A stretch of 64,000 nucleotides of DNA from Nitrosopumilus sp. (lineage in GTDB: Archaea; Thermoproteota; Nitrososphaeria; Nitrososphaerales; Nitrosopumilaceae): the NCBI GenBank assembly GCA_965219345.1, contig OZ244732.1, forward strand, positions 480,001 to 544,000. The letters are read 5' to 3'. Made by a program: the position numbers and the translations under genes. Shown in pieces: positions 39,243 through 49,824 of the stretch (positions within the stretch are counted from its first letter, which is position 1; each line of letters opens with the position of its first letter). The notes beneath the pieces were generated by a model. It saw only the letters and a list, made by a program, of their open reading frames with translations. It was not told the origin of the DNA and made no database searches.

Positions 39243-42095
39243 TTAGTTGCCTACCTCAATTGAAACATAATGCATCTCAGTGATTTCATCTTTGACAAAT
39301 ACTGTTCCAATATTGAGATTAGTTTCTTCTTGCCACATGAATACTCTATCACTGCGTGGCTTTACAAAGTCATCAATAAATCTGGATAGGAATTCTTCAG
39401 TACCTGCACGATCATTTTCAGTAAAGAAGAATAGTTGTCCTTCATTAAATGAAAGTGGAACTTGAACAGATGTTGGTTCAGCAATTGTAATCTCATTTAC
39501 TTCAAAAACGGATTTTATGATATCAATTCTGTCATTTCTAACTAGTTCAACAGAATCATCATCCATAGTTGCGGTTGGTGCCACACCAGAAACTTTCTTC
39601 AAGTATGCTTCAAATGCTTGTTCTTGGGTTTCGCCTAGACCAACAAAGTATTCTCCATTAAATGCTGCCCCAACTGCTGCAATAGTACCTATTTGGGCAA
39701 CCACTCCACCAGCACCGGCAGTGTATACTGTGATAAAGTATACGTCATGATCACCTACACGATACAAGATGTTATCACCAATTCTTGGATTTCGCAAGAG
39801 TGTCTTTAGTTGAGCAAAGTCTGGGTCTCTATCAAGTGCCTCTCTAACTGCGGTAGGACCAATCAACTTAGTTGTAGAATTTAGTGGGACTTCAAAGAAC
39901 TGCAAGTTCCCTAGATTAGAAAGATCATTTTCAACTATCATATATCCTGCAAGGTTTCTGCCCTGAGAGCCTCTTAATTCCAATGAGAGTAATCCTACAA
40001 ATTCAGTTTGTTCAAAACCAAGTGGTTTTGCTTCAACATAGTAAGTATCAAGACCTCGTGGAATTTCATAGAATTCGTTTGCTTGAATAAATGTCTCAAC
40101 ATTAGTTACATGGTAAATATTGTACATCTCTGTTTTCCAATTAAACAGTTCAACAGGATATCGGATTTGTTCTTCTAACCAAACTGGCATTGGTATAAAT
40201 CGTTCAGAGTATTGATCAGAAAATATTTCTGAGAAGAAATCATCTCCAGTCTTAATTAGTTGAATATTACCATCGTATGTATCTACAAGTGCATAACCTA
40301 CCAAACGTAAGTAGGGATTTCCAACAGACCAAGGAACATCGTTGGTATCAAATCCAATAATTAATGGAATTAGCCAATAGGAATTTGTTCCGTCAGTAAC
40401 AGGAATTGAGTCTAATTCTTTTCCAAACAAATTATAGAGGAAGTAAGGATACAGGATTTCCATTCTTTCGTGAACGTCTTTGTATCTCATAATATGGACT
40501 GGTTCAGCTGGAAATGAAAGCAAAAAGTTTGGCTCAAAGGTCCAACTTAGTGGTGGCGAAACATCCAATCCACCTAAACCTGAATAGAGCGCTCCTCCAA
40601 GCTCAGCACTTTCCGAGCCTCTCGAAATAGGATAACCAGACCAGGTTTGCTCAAATAGTCCACCCTCACCATAGTAAATTTCTCTTTGTTTGAAAAATTC
40701 ACTGCTATCAACAATCTGACCATCAGTTGCTTCAAGAGTAAGGAATCCGTTTGGGACATGAGTATAGACAAGATGCTCGTTATACCATCTGTTTTCAGCG
40801 CTTACAGATGTTGGTAGAATTGGCTTCATAGAAGCAGTCCAATACAAAGTATTGTTAAAGCGAAGAATATCATTATCTTCAAAGTCAACATATGGAATAA
40901 GTCCAATTTCAGGCTTTAGTTTGGCAAGAGCCCCTTCCCAATCCCAAACTCGAATTACGTCAAGAACATCACTGTTTTGTTGTACATAATTACTGATATT
41001 ATCAGGAGAAACAGATGTTAGTTGTACATCATGAACAGTTTCTTGTACATTGTTTAATTCACCAAGATATTGATTTACTCCAATTTGTTGAGCTGTGTAT
41101 GGTCCTAAATATTCAATCTTCTTTGCATCAGCAATACTGTTGTTAACAGAAAAAACTCCTGCTACAATAATTGCGATTGCAATAATTGTTAAAATTCTAA
41201 TGTATACATCTCTCTTAAACATATGAGTTAGAACACGTGCTCGAATTCTATCAACTGCTGAAAATGCAATTAGTGCAAAACCTATGACAAGTATGCCACC
41301 AATCAAATACCTTGAATTATAATCTATTTGATCTGTAAAGAAGAGATTAAAGCCTGCCCAGAGGATACCAATACCAATTACTCCTTCAAGAGTTGAAACA
41401 TAGTTTAGATATCGAGGTTTTCCTTCATTAGAGTCATGAATAAACAAAGTTGCAATATGAATAATTTTATGAATCCCTACATACAAAACTAAACGTAGGC
41501 CAATTGCTGCAAGTAATGGTGGAATCAATATCACAAGAGCAGGGATCATTGGAACAACATTTTCAACTGCATAATTTTGATCAGTTTCAGGAGTTACAAA
41601 TGGTAGAGAAAATAAATTTGGTAGATGTTCAATTCCAAGAGTATTTCCATCAATAAAGGAAACTGCTGCAAATCCAAACATAATATTTGCAAAGAATGTT
41701 CCAAAAAGCAAAATCTTGGTAATTTGCCAGATAACAAATTGTGGAGGAGTTATCTTGTAGTCTCTAAAATTTGGTATATCACTTGCGATAGGTTGTTGTC
41801 CTCCTCTACCAAGAAATCCAATTGCTGTACTGATGGCATACCAGAAAATTGAAGATCTACCGGCAATATTTACACGTACAAGGGCAATTGCAGATAGAAT
41901 AATTGTAGAGACAATGGTGTAAAAGAGAGGTTTGGTGAATTGTTCGCCAAATTCAGTGAAATTCATTGATAAAACCACTGCCTGATTTCCAACTAGAGCA
42001 AAAATTACAACTCCTATTATGGCAACAATGCCTAATCTGATGAATTTTCCAGCATCAGGAGGTGGAGTCTGTTTGTCAGTAGAGGCGCTATACAA
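39243..42095 (-). CDS. UPF0182 family membrane protein
   Basis: Many TM segments followed by IRVWD, WYNEHLVYTH, IYYGE, VDTYDG, RYPVELF. Confidence 0.88.
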   Translation of the reverse strand: MYSASTDKQTPPPDAGKFIRLGIVAIIGVVIFALVGNQAVVLSMNFTEFGEQFTKPLFYTIVSTIILSAIALVRVNIAGRSSIFWYAISTAIGFLGRGGQQPIASDIPNFRDYKITPPQFVIWQITKILLFGTFFANIMFGFAAVSFIDGNTLGIEHLPNLFSLPFVTPETDQNYAVENVVPMIPALVILIPPLLAAIGLRLVLYVGIHKIIHIATLFIHDSNEGKPRYLNYVSTLEGVIGIGILWAGFNLFFTDQIDYNSRYLIGGILVIGFALIAFSAVDRIRARVLTHMFKRDVYIRILTIIAIAIIVAGVFSVNNSIADAKKIEYLGPYTAQQIGVNQYLGELNNVQETVHDVQLTSVSPDNISNYVQQNSDVLDVIRVWDWEGALAKLKPEIGLIPYVDFEDNDILRFNNTLYWTASMKPILPTSVSAENRWYNEHLVYTHVPNGFLTLEATDGQIVDSSEFFKQREIYYGEGGLFEQTWSGYPISRGSESAELGGALYSGLGGLDVSPPLSWTFEPNFLLSFPAEPVHIMRYKDVHERMEILYPYFLYNLFGKELDSIPVTDGTNSYWLIPLIIGFDTNDVPWSVGNPYLRLVGYALVDTYDGNIQLIKTGDDFFSEIFSDQYSERFIPMPVWLEEQIRYPVELFNWKTEMYNIYHVTNVETFIQANEFYEIPRGLDTYYVEAKPLGFEQTEFVGLLSLELRGSQGRNLAGYMIVENDLSNLGNLQFFEVPLNSTTKLIGPTAVREALDRDPDFAQLKTLLRNPRIGDNILYRVGDHDVYFITVYTAGAGGVVAQIGTIAAVGAAFNGEYFVGLGETQEQAFEAYLKKVSGVAPTATMDDDSVELVRNDRIDIIKSVFEVNEITIAEPTSVQVPLSFNEGQLFFFTENDRAGTEEFLSRFIDDFVKPRSDRVFMWQEETNLNIGTVFVKDEITEMHYVSIEVGN

Positions 42096-42142
42096 AACTA
42101 AATTTTGTTGTGATTTGGTAAATTAATGTCTTACCAGCAAAA

Positions 42143-43264
42143 TCAAGCTATTGTTGCTAGTTTTTTGCAAATCATATAGACTGCTGCAAATATTGGGAGA
42201 GTAACTTTTTCGTTGATAAATGGGCCAAATTTTTTGTTTTTAAGGCAGAATTCTATTGGACAGTTTGCAAAAACTTCGACGGATTCATCACTTAGAAAAG
42301 ATGCTTCAGAATATGGATCAAATTTAGTTAAATTTTTACAAGGAATTTTTGTGAGACCACTCTTGCTGTTAATAGAACCAGGTAGCCTAAAGATCCTATG
42401 AATATCCATAGTAACACTGGGATCAATTTTTACTCCAATATTTTCTGAGACATCATCAAGAGTTTTTTGGAAAGAAGAATAGCCATTTACAAGTAACTCT
42501 GAAATAATTTTTGAGCGTTTTGATTTAGAACTAAACACTTGTTTGGAAAATCTTCCTCTCCATCCCTTTTCATTAAAATCTGGAAAAGATGAGCGATTTG
42601 GTTTGGATTCCTTCATTCCAAATGTTTCAGGAATAATTCCGTTTAACATAATGTAATCTGCAAGTTCTGATCTTTCTCTAGAACCAATTTGTTGAAATTG
42701 TGAACCATACACATAAACATGAAATCCTTCATTTCCAGAAAAATAGACATGGATATTTTCTTGAGTTATTGCCAGATCATCAATTAGAATTTCAGATAGT
42801 TTAGCTACTTCAGTTTTTGAGGAATCAATACAATTTTTGCAGGGAAGAGATTTTTTTTCTATTTTTCTTGAATTACATTTTAAACAGTGTTCAGAATTTT
42901 TTGAAACTTCATTACATTCATTACATATTGATACTGTATGATTTTCTCTGCAAGGTAAATTAAGATCTTTTGCATCTATATCAAAAATCAGATCTGCTTC
43001 TTTCCAGTCTTTTTCGTTCATTGGTAAATTAGGAAATGAATAATATGCATTTGAACAATAAACATCAGATGGAATATTTTGCATGAATAAGAGGTGTAAT
43101 TCCTTATCATCTTTGATTGAGATGTGACGAGTCATTCCAGAATTGAATTTTTGATAGCCAAATTCTCTTTCAAATGTACGTTCAGGTACTCTGATTAGAT
43201 CAAAATGCTCAAAATAGTATTTTTTGAATGAATCTTCTAGGAATTTAACGTCAGTTTGTTGCAT
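42143..43264 (-). CDS. priS: DNA primase small (catalytic) subunit
   Basis: REFG, DLIFDID, FSGNEGFH, IDPSVTMDIHRIFRLPGS. Confidence 0.96.
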   Translation of the reverse strand: MQQTDVKFLEDSFKKYYFEHFDLIRVPERTFEREFGYQKFNSGMTRHISIKDDKELHLLFMQNIPSDVYCSNAYYSFPNLPMNEKDWKEADLIFDIDAKDLNLPCRENHTVSICNECNEVSKNSEHCLKCNSRKIEKKSLPCKNCIDSSKTEVAKLSEILIDDLAITQENIHVYFSGNEGFHVYVYGSQFQQIGSRERSELADYIMLNGIIPETFGMKESKPNRSSFPDFNEKGWRGRFSKQVFSSKSKRSKIISELLVNGYSSFQKTLDDVSENIGVKIDPSVTMDIHRIFRLPGSINSKSGLTKIPCKNLTKFDPYSEASFLSDESVEVFANCPIEFCLKNKKFGPFINEKVTLPIFAAVYMICKKLATIA

Positions 43265-44289
43265 TACTTTCTCTTCTTTCCAAATTGTAGTGGATTAATG
43301 ATATTATCACATTCTGGCGTAGCAAAACAGAGATCTTGTGTTTTTAGTTTCTTACAAGAAGGGCAAATGTATTTTGTACCACTTCCAGAAGTTCCAGCCA
43401 GATGATTTAGTTGGTAAAGTGTAACTCGTTCATTATAATCAGGAGCATTTTTGAACAATGGTGCAATTTGTTCTACTGATTGACCTTTTGATAGTAAAAA
43501 AGCTGCCAACATGAATCTTCCAGAGTGTGGAAGGTTTTCACCTTTTTCAAGCTCTTCAATTGCATGTTTAATACATGGAGGATGTTCTCCAGTAGTTACT
43601 GTAAAAGTTATAAATTTTTTTGACAGTAAAGCAAGTTTGTTTACATAATCTTCAAAACCAGAAATCATTGAAGGTGTTTTTGCATTAATAATTTTTGAAT
43701 TGATGTACGTTCCTAATTCTTTTCTTATCAATCTGACTGTTTCATGTGGAGTAAGAAAGACTTGTCCATTTTCCACATGTCTATTGATTAGTTTCCATTC
43801 TCTTTCATGAAAATTGATCGAATGTTTCAGATAATCATATACTGGAATGACAAAATAACTATCAAGTTGCTCGACTTGAACTGAAAAGAGATCATCAATT
43901 ATTCTAATTGCTAGTTCTTTTTTTGACTCGCCAGAAATATTTGCTAGATCTTTTTCAAGATATTTTTCTGCACGTCTTGCTTCTGCAAGTGCAAATCTCT
44001 TGATTAGAGTATGCATGCCACTTAGTTTCAATAGTACTATAGCTAAAAGAAACGAGAAAACCTCCCTGGGTAAAGCTGCCTCTTTTGAGACCTGATCTCC
44101 AATTAGATCAGATTTGTAGATCTTTCCATCCGCAGCAACCTGAATTCGTTCAAATGCCTTGTCAACTAGTTGTTTTAGATCAGGATCACTTCCAAACTGT
44201 TCAAGCGTAAATCCCTTATCTTTGAGATACTGACCAGCATCTGCTAAGAATGGATACTTTGCAATTTCGTCTTGTCCTAGTGCTAACAT
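43264..44289 (-). CDS. priL: DNA primase large subunit
   Basis: PPCI, LPHSGRF, YQLNH, Y..PSC..L....LC Fe-S domain; coupled to priS. Confidence 0.95.
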   Translation of the reverse strand: MLALGQDEIAKYPFLADAGQYLKDKGFTLEQFGSDPDLKQLVDKAFERIQVAADGKIYKSDLIGDQVSKEAALPREVFSFLLAIVLLKLSGMHTLIKRFALAEARRAEKYLEKDLANISGESKKELAIRIIDDLFSVQVEQLDSYFVIPVYDYLKHSINFHEREWKLINRHVENGQVFLTPHETVRLIRKELGTYINSKIINAKTPSMISGFEDYVNKLALLSKKFITFTVTTGEHPPCIKHAIEELEKGENLPHSGRFMLAAFLLSKGQSVEQIAPLFKNAPDYNERVTLYQLNHLAGTSGSGTKYICPSCKKLKTQDLCFATPECDNIINPLQFGKKRK

Positions 44290-44374
44290 GATAGTAATTT
44301 ACCTAGTTTACTTAAAAATCTGGTTTTAAAATTTGGACGCTAGTTTAAATTATGTTTTGAGAAAGTGATCAAAT

Positions 44375-45214
44375 ATGCAGATCGGCTGTCATGTCTCAAT
44401 AGCAGGATCAATTGACAAGGCAGTTGATAATGCTGTTAAAAGAGAATGTTCTGCTTTTCAAATATTTACAAGAAACCCAAGAGGATGGCACGCAAAAGAA
44501 CTCACCAAAGAAGATATTACTAATTTTAAATCTAAATTAAAAGCAAGTAAAATTGACAGATTTGCAACTTGTGCACATATGCCATATTTGCCAAACCTTG
44601 CCACTCCGAAAGAAGATGGATTTGAAAAATCTTTGAAAACTTTGATAAATGAAATTGAAAGATGTGCACAATTAGGAATTCCATACCTTGTAACACATCT
44701 TGGTAGTCATTTGGGAACAGGTGATGAGGCCGGAATTAAGAAACTGGTAAAAGGCTTGACAATAGCAGGAGAAACAAAAAATGATGTAACAATTCTATTA
44801 GAGAATACTGCAGGTCAGAAGAACTCTGTTGGTTCTAATTTTAAACAGCTGGGAGAAATTTTTAATCAATTAAAGCCCACAAAAAAATTTGGTGTTTGTT
44901 TTGATTCTTGTCATGCATTTGTTGCAGGATATGATTTGAGAACTGAAGAAAAAGTTAAGGAAACTTTTGATGAATTTGATAAATATGTAGGAATAGAAAA
45001 TTTGAAAATTCTCCACCTAAATGATGCTAAAGGAGATATTGGTTGTAATCTTGATAGACACTATCATCTAGGATTAGGTGGAATTGGAGAAAAAGGCATT
45101 GCTGCTGTCGTAAAGTTTGCCAACAAGAAAAAAATTCCTATAATTTTAGAGACTCCAATAGATGATGACAGAGATGACTTTGAGAACATCAGAAAGGCAA
45201 AGGAATTTGCGTAG
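44375..45214 (+). CDS. nfo: Endonuclease IV (AP endonuclease)
   Basis: GCHVSIAG, HMPYLPNL, LENTAG, DSCH, HLND, DRH, ILETP. Confidence 0.96.
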   Translation: MQIGCHVSIAGSIDKAVDNAVKRECSAFQIFTRNPRGWHAKELTKEDITNFKSKLKASKIDRFATCAHMPYLPNLATPKEDGFEKSLKTLINEIERCAQLGIPYLVTHLGSHLGTGDEAGIKKLVKGLTIAGETKNDVTILLENTAGQKNSVGSNFKQLGEIFNQLKPTKKFGVCFDSCHAFVAGYDLRTEEKVKETFDEFDKYVGIENLKILHLNDAKGDIGCNLDRHYHLGLGGIGEKGIAAVVKFANKKKIPIILETPIDDDRDDFENIRKAKEFA

Positions 45215-45245
45215 AGATTTATTCAATGACTGAGGCAATCTAATA

Positions 45246-46703
45246 ATGGATTATGAAGCAGTTATGAAATTGGCACTTGAGCGTGGATTTTACTTTCCTA
45301 GCTGTGAGGTTTATGCAGACGCACAAGCTGGATTCTGGGAGTATGGACCATCCGGAGTCAGTTTGAAAAATAAATTTCTTGAATTATGGAGAAGAGAACT
45401 TATCAGAAGAGATGGGATGATTGAGATTGATGGTTCTCAAATTATGTCAAAATCAGTTTTTGAGGCATCAGGTCATTTGAGTAACTTTGCTGATCCAATA
45501 ATAAAATGTACAAAATGTAATTCAACATTTAGAGCAGATAGAACAATTTTAGATGTTGCACAGATTGAGATTTCTGAAAGTGCAGAGTTAGATGAATTTG
45601 ATAATGCCATTTCACAAAATAACATAAAGTGTCCAAAATGCAAAGGAGACTTTGAAAAGACAAAGAAGTTCAACATGATGTTCAGAGTTGGCATTGGACC
45701 AGAAGGGGAAGAAGCATACCTTAGACCTGAGACATGTCAATCAATCTTTGTTGATTTCCCCAGACTCTTTAAGACTATGCGAGGAAAACTTCCTTTGAGA
45801 ATTGCCCAAGTTGGAAAAAGTTTTAGAAATGAGATCTCACCAAGACAGAGTCTTCTTCGACTACGTGAATTTTACCAAGCAGAGATAGAGATATTTTGTA
45901 ATCCTTCAAGACTAGGTGAGGTTGAAAAGTTTGCAGAGATTCAAGATACCATAATCAGAGTACAGACAGATTCTGAACCAGTTGCTATGACTTGTAAAGA
46001 AGCAATAGAGTCTGGAGCTGTTCCAAACAAGTTTGTGGCATATTATTTGGGAATCTTGACTGAATTTTATGAAAAGACGGGTATTGATATTTCAAAAAGT
46101 AGATTTAGGAAGTTAGGAGACAAAGAAAAGGCATTCTATGCAGAAGTTGCATTTGACTTTGAAGTAGAAACTACAATTGGATGGCTTGAGCTTGTAGCAT
46201 GTAACTATAGATCAGATTATGACTTATCCAGCCATGCAAGCAAGAGTAAAGAGAAATTTGAAGTAATGGATAACGATGAGAAGGTTCTACCACATGTCTT
46301 TGAGATCTCAATGGGAATTGATAGGAGTCTTTATACAATTTTGGAGCATTCATTAAAAAATGACGAAGAACATGAGAGGGTAGTTTTATCATTAAAACCA
46401 TATTTGTCACCAATTCATGTAGGCATTCTTTCATTAGTCAAAAAAGATGGATTAAAAGAGAAAACAGATGAGATTTTTCTAAACATCAAAAGAAAGTTTG
46501 ACGCATTTTTGGATCATTCAGGCGCAATAGGCAGAAGATATAGAAGACTGGATGAGGTTGGTGCACCATTTGCAGTTACAGTTGATCATCAGACATTAGA
46601 AGATAATACTGTAACAATTAGAAAGAGAGATTCTATGGAACAAAGCAGAATAAGTGTATCTGAAATAGATTCAGTTCTTTCTGAATCGGTTGCATTTCCC
46701 TAA
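45246..46703 (+). CDS. glyS: Glycine--tRNA ligase (alpha2 type)
   Basis: YLRPETCQ, FRNEISPR..L.RLREF, GIDR, IGRRYRRLDEVG. Confidence 0.97.
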   Translation: MDYEAVMKLALERGFYFPSCEVYADAQAGFWEYGPSGVSLKNKFLELWRRELIRRDGMIEIDGSQIMSKSVFEASGHLSNFADPIIKCTKCNSTFRADRTILDVAQIEISESAELDEFDNAISQNNIKCPKCKGDFEKTKKFNMMFRVGIGPEGEEAYLRPETCQSIFVDFPRLFKTMRGKLPLRIAQVGKSFRNEISPRQSLLRLREFYQAEIEIFCNPSRLGEVEKFAEIQDTIIRVQTDSEPVAMTCKEAIESGAVPNKFVAYYLGILTEFYEKTGIDISKSRFRKLGDKEKAFYAEVAFDFEVETTIGWLELVACNYRSDYDLSSHASKSKEKFEVMDNDEKVLPHVFEISMGIDRSLYTILEHSLKNDEEHERVVLSLKPYLSPIHVGILSLVKKDGLKEKTDEIFLNIKRKFDAFLDHSGAIGRRYRRLDEVGAPFAVTVDHQTLEDNTVTIRKRDSMEQSRISVSEIDSVLSESVAFP

Positions 46704-46793
46704 GTATTTGTCTAGTCTGAATAGACAGTGATCATTTCAGAATGTATATTGTGTTTAACTTTAACAGTCATGTCCATGACTCCTGACATACAG

Positions 46794-47153
46794 TCAAGTT
46801 ATTCTATCAAGAATTGCAACAGTATTCCAATTTGAATTATAAACAACAGGAACATGTTTAGCTAAAGTAACAGAATCAGATATTGCAACAGAATCTTTTG
46901 ATGTATCTTTATCAAAAATTATAGCTTGAATTTTTTCATTATTTTTTTCTAAAACAACATCATCAGAAATTTCTAATGCTCCAGTTTTTTGTGTAGAATA
47001 AAGTGTAGTGTATTGTAAATCATTTACTTCATTTGAAAAAGTATATCCACTTGCAAGCTGTAAGCTAGCTTGTAGCATTGATACAACAGACAATGATAAA
47101 ACAAGAATTGCAAAAATTGCAAGATTTCTTGTTTCAAACATTTTACATTTCAT
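46794..47153 (-). pseudogene. Signal-peptide-bearing ORF, probably the truncated N-terminus of a larger surface protein
   Basis: RNLAIFAILVLSLSVVSML signal-like segment; ISDDV/ISDSV motifs; ends at 119 aa between glyS and its displaced 3' copy. Confidence 0.5.
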
Positions 47154-47428
47154 ACAAAATATTCAATTTTTTTTTTGCATTAAGCTGAGGGGAATATTTG
47201 AAACAGATCGAGTACCAATACGGTAATTTTGTATGCAATAATAACCATATTGGAACTAACACATTTTTATCTTATTTTATGAATATCATATATTTTCTTG
47301 TAAAAAATGAATGTTATTTAGAAAAAAATTGCATCATGATATAGATTGAAATTAAATTTTGGAATGTTTAATCACATACTTCAACTGAATTAATGTAAAA
47401 AAATATTCAGAACTAAATCGTTATGTAG

Positions 47429-47510
47429 TTTGCAGTTACAGTTGATCACAAATATTAGAAGATAATGTATTAACGACAATTAAAAGAATAGAGTCCATAA
47501 AACAAAAGAT
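47429..47510 (+). repeat. Degenerate direct-repeat copy of the glyS 3' coding region (att-like scar)
   Basis: TTTGCAGTTACAGTTGATCA identical at 46569-46588 and 47429-47448, continuing with ATTAGAAGATAAT and ACAATTA. Confidence 0.85.
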
Positions 47511-47577
47511 GTTATTTTAAAATTGAAAACAATATTTTTTGTTACTAATTATTTTTAAGTTAAAATATTATTTCAAA

Positions 47578-48228
47578 CTAAGAGATGTTCTTAGACTTGT
47601 AATATTTACAACTTTTTTTAATTTTACATACATCACACATTGGTGTAATTGGTTTGCAAATATTCTGACCAAACATAACAAAAGTATCATTTATGTCAAG
47701 CCAATATTTTTTTTTAATTTTTTTCATTAATTCTAGTTCTGTGTCTTCTGGATTTTTTGTATCTACTAACCCTAATCTGTTTGAGATCCTATGAACATGA
47801 ATGTCAACTGGAATAGCTGGTTTATCATATGCATAAACTAGAACACAGTTAGCTGTCTTTCGTCCAACTCCCGGTAGCTGAACCAAAGTCTCCAAGTCAT
47901 CTGGAACTTTTCCTTTATACTTTGTATCAATTATCTTTGCAACCTCGATAATTCTTTTAGATTTTACATGATAGAAGCCTATTGATTTAATTATTTTCTC
48001 GACATCTTTTATCTTTGCGTTAGCAAGTTCGTTTGGATTTTTGTACTTTGAGAATAATACTTTGACTATTTTTGTTGTAGTTTCATCTTTAGTTCTTGCA
48101 GAAAGTATGGTTCCAATTAGTATACTAAACGGACCTGTTTCAGCTTCATGAAGCTCATTGAGTGCTGTCATTCTAGGCGGTTTTATAGAATTCATTGTAT
48201 CTATCATACCACAAAGAATTTTTTTCAT
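47578..48228 (-). CDS. nth: Endonuclease III
   Basis: ILSART.D, LPGVGRKTA HhH, VDIHV.RI, C-terminal CKPITPMCDVCKIKKSC Fe-S motif. Confidence 0.96.
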   Translation of the reverse strand: MKKILCGMIDTMNSIKPPRMTALNELHEAETGPFSILIGTILSARTKDETTTKIVKVLFSKYKNPNELANAKIKDVEKIIKSIGFYHVKSKRIIEVAKIIDTKYKGKVPDDLETLVQLPGVGRKTANCVLVYAYDKPAIPVDIHVHRISNRLGLVDTKNPEDTELELMKKIKKKYWLDINDTFVMFGQNICKPITPMCDVCKIKKSCKYYKSKNIS

Positions 48229-48283
48229 TTCAATCTGAAAAACTACGTACAAGTATTATAACTGTGATAAGTAAGAATTTTCA

Positions 48284-49438
48284 TTGGAGCTTACAAGAGA
48301 AGAAGAATCTGCACTAAAGGGGGAACAAGGAGAAATTATGCAGATAGCATATAGAATTTTAGTTGCAACTGGTGAAGCAACAGATGCTGAGAAACTAATA
48401 CCAATAGACTGGGCCCATCTTTCTGGTGTAAACTATAACACTATTGGAGATGCAGGAGAAGAGTTTCTATCAGGTATCAGTAAAGATGCGAGAGTTAAAG
48501 TCAAAACAACTCTGAATCCAATGGGATTTGATATTGATAATGTATCAAATTATGGATTGGAGGAAAATTTTATCTCAAAACAACTATCAATTAAAAATTC
48601 ATATGAAACAATGGGAGTTACTCCTTCATTTTCATGTATTCCATATGAAATTTTTAATATCCCAAAAGATGGAACGCAAGTTGCGTTTGCTGAAAGCAAT
48701 GCTGCAATTCATGCAAATTCGTATGATAATCTAAAAACAAACAAGGAAAGTTCGTTTAGTGCACTTGCTAGTGCAATTACTGGCAAAAGTCCTTACGCTT
48801 CATTACGAAAAGAAGATTCTCCAAATATTACAATTAGAATGAAAGTAAAAAATCCAACTGAATTGACATATGGAATGCTTGGATTTTTTGCTGGTAAAGT
48901 TGGAGACACCTCTGTAAACGTCTCTGGTCTTGGAGAGATGGATAAACGACAATGCAAAGCAATGTGTGGTGGAATGGGGACATCAGGAACTTGTGCAAAG
49001 TTTCTTTTTGGAGAAGGAAATTCTGACTGTGAAAAAGTAGATTTTGATGAAAAAGAGATGCAAAATGTACATGATGAGCTAAATACTGCTGAGAAAGGTG
49101 ATTTGATCACACTTGGTAGTCCTCAATTAGGATTAGAAGAGATCTCTGATTTGGCTGGCAAACTAAAGGGTCGCTCTTTTAAGAATAGATGTATGATATT
49201 TTGTCCTAGAACTGTAAAGGAACAAGCAAGAAAAATTGGATACGCCAATGAACTTGAACATGCAGGATGTGAAATCCTTTCTGACTGTTGCACTTGTCTT
49301 ACTCCATTAATTAACAAAGATGACGTTGATGCAGTCACCACAAATAGTATCAAGGGTGCATTCTATCTTAAGAATTCTACGGGTGTAGATGTTAATCTGA
49401 AATCATTATCACAAATTGTTGAAGACGAGACAAGATGA
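48284..49438 (+). CDS. Aconitase X catalytic subunit (DUF521), probable phosphomevalonate dehydratase large subunit
   Basis: AHLSGVNY, TTLNP, SCIPY, AFAESNA, LGSPQ, TNSIKG; paired with DUF126. Confidence 0.88.
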   Translation: MELTREEESALKGEQGEIMQIAYRILVATGEATDAEKLIPIDWAHLSGVNYNTIGDAGEEFLSGISKDARVKVKTTLNPMGFDIDNVSNYGLEENFISKQLSIKNSYETMGVTPSFSCIPYEIFNIPKDGTQVAFAESNAAIHANSYDNLKTNKESSFSALASAITGKSPYASLRKEDSPNITIRMKVKNPTELTYGMLGFFAGKVGDTSVNVSGLGEMDKRQCKAMCGGMGTSGTCAKFLFGEGNSDCEKVDFDEKEMQNVHDELNTAEKGDLITLGSPQLGLEEISDLAGKLKGRSFKNRCMIFCPRTVKEQARKIGYANELEHAGCEILSDCCTCLTPLINKDDVDAVTTNSIKGAFYLKNSTGVDVNLKSLSQIVEDETR

Positions 49439-49824
49439 TGAAGATTCTAGTTTCAGGAAAAGTACAAGGTATTGTTTTAAAATCTGAAAGCCCAATCAAT
49501 TTTTTAGGTACAGTTGATAAAAAAACTGGAGTTATTAGCGACAAGAATCATGATCTTTTTGAAAAGTCAATCAAAGATAGCATTCTTGTTTTTCCTTCAG
49601 GGGTTGGTAGTAGTGTTGGAGCGTATACAATTTATTCAATCAAATCAAACAATACTGCACCTCGTGCAATGATTTGTCAAAAAGTAGATCTTACAGTGGT
49701 TACTGGGTGTGCATTGGCAAATATTCCATTGATTATTATTTCTGATGAAGAATTTTTTTCTATCAAGAATGGAATGAAGATCTCACTTGATACAGACTCT
49801 TCTAATCCAATTCATTATCAGTAA
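49435..49824 (+). CDS. Aconitase X swivel subunit (DUF126), probable phosphomevalonate dehydratase small subunit
   Basis: PINFLG.VD..TG, ILVFPSGVGSSVG. Confidence 0.88.
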   Translation: MMKILVSGKVQGIVLKSESPINFLGTVDKKTGVISDKNHDLFEKSIKDSILVFPSGVGSSVGAYTIYSIKSNNTAPRAMICQKVDLTVVTGCALANIPLIIISDEEFFSIKNGMKISLDTDSSNPIHYQ

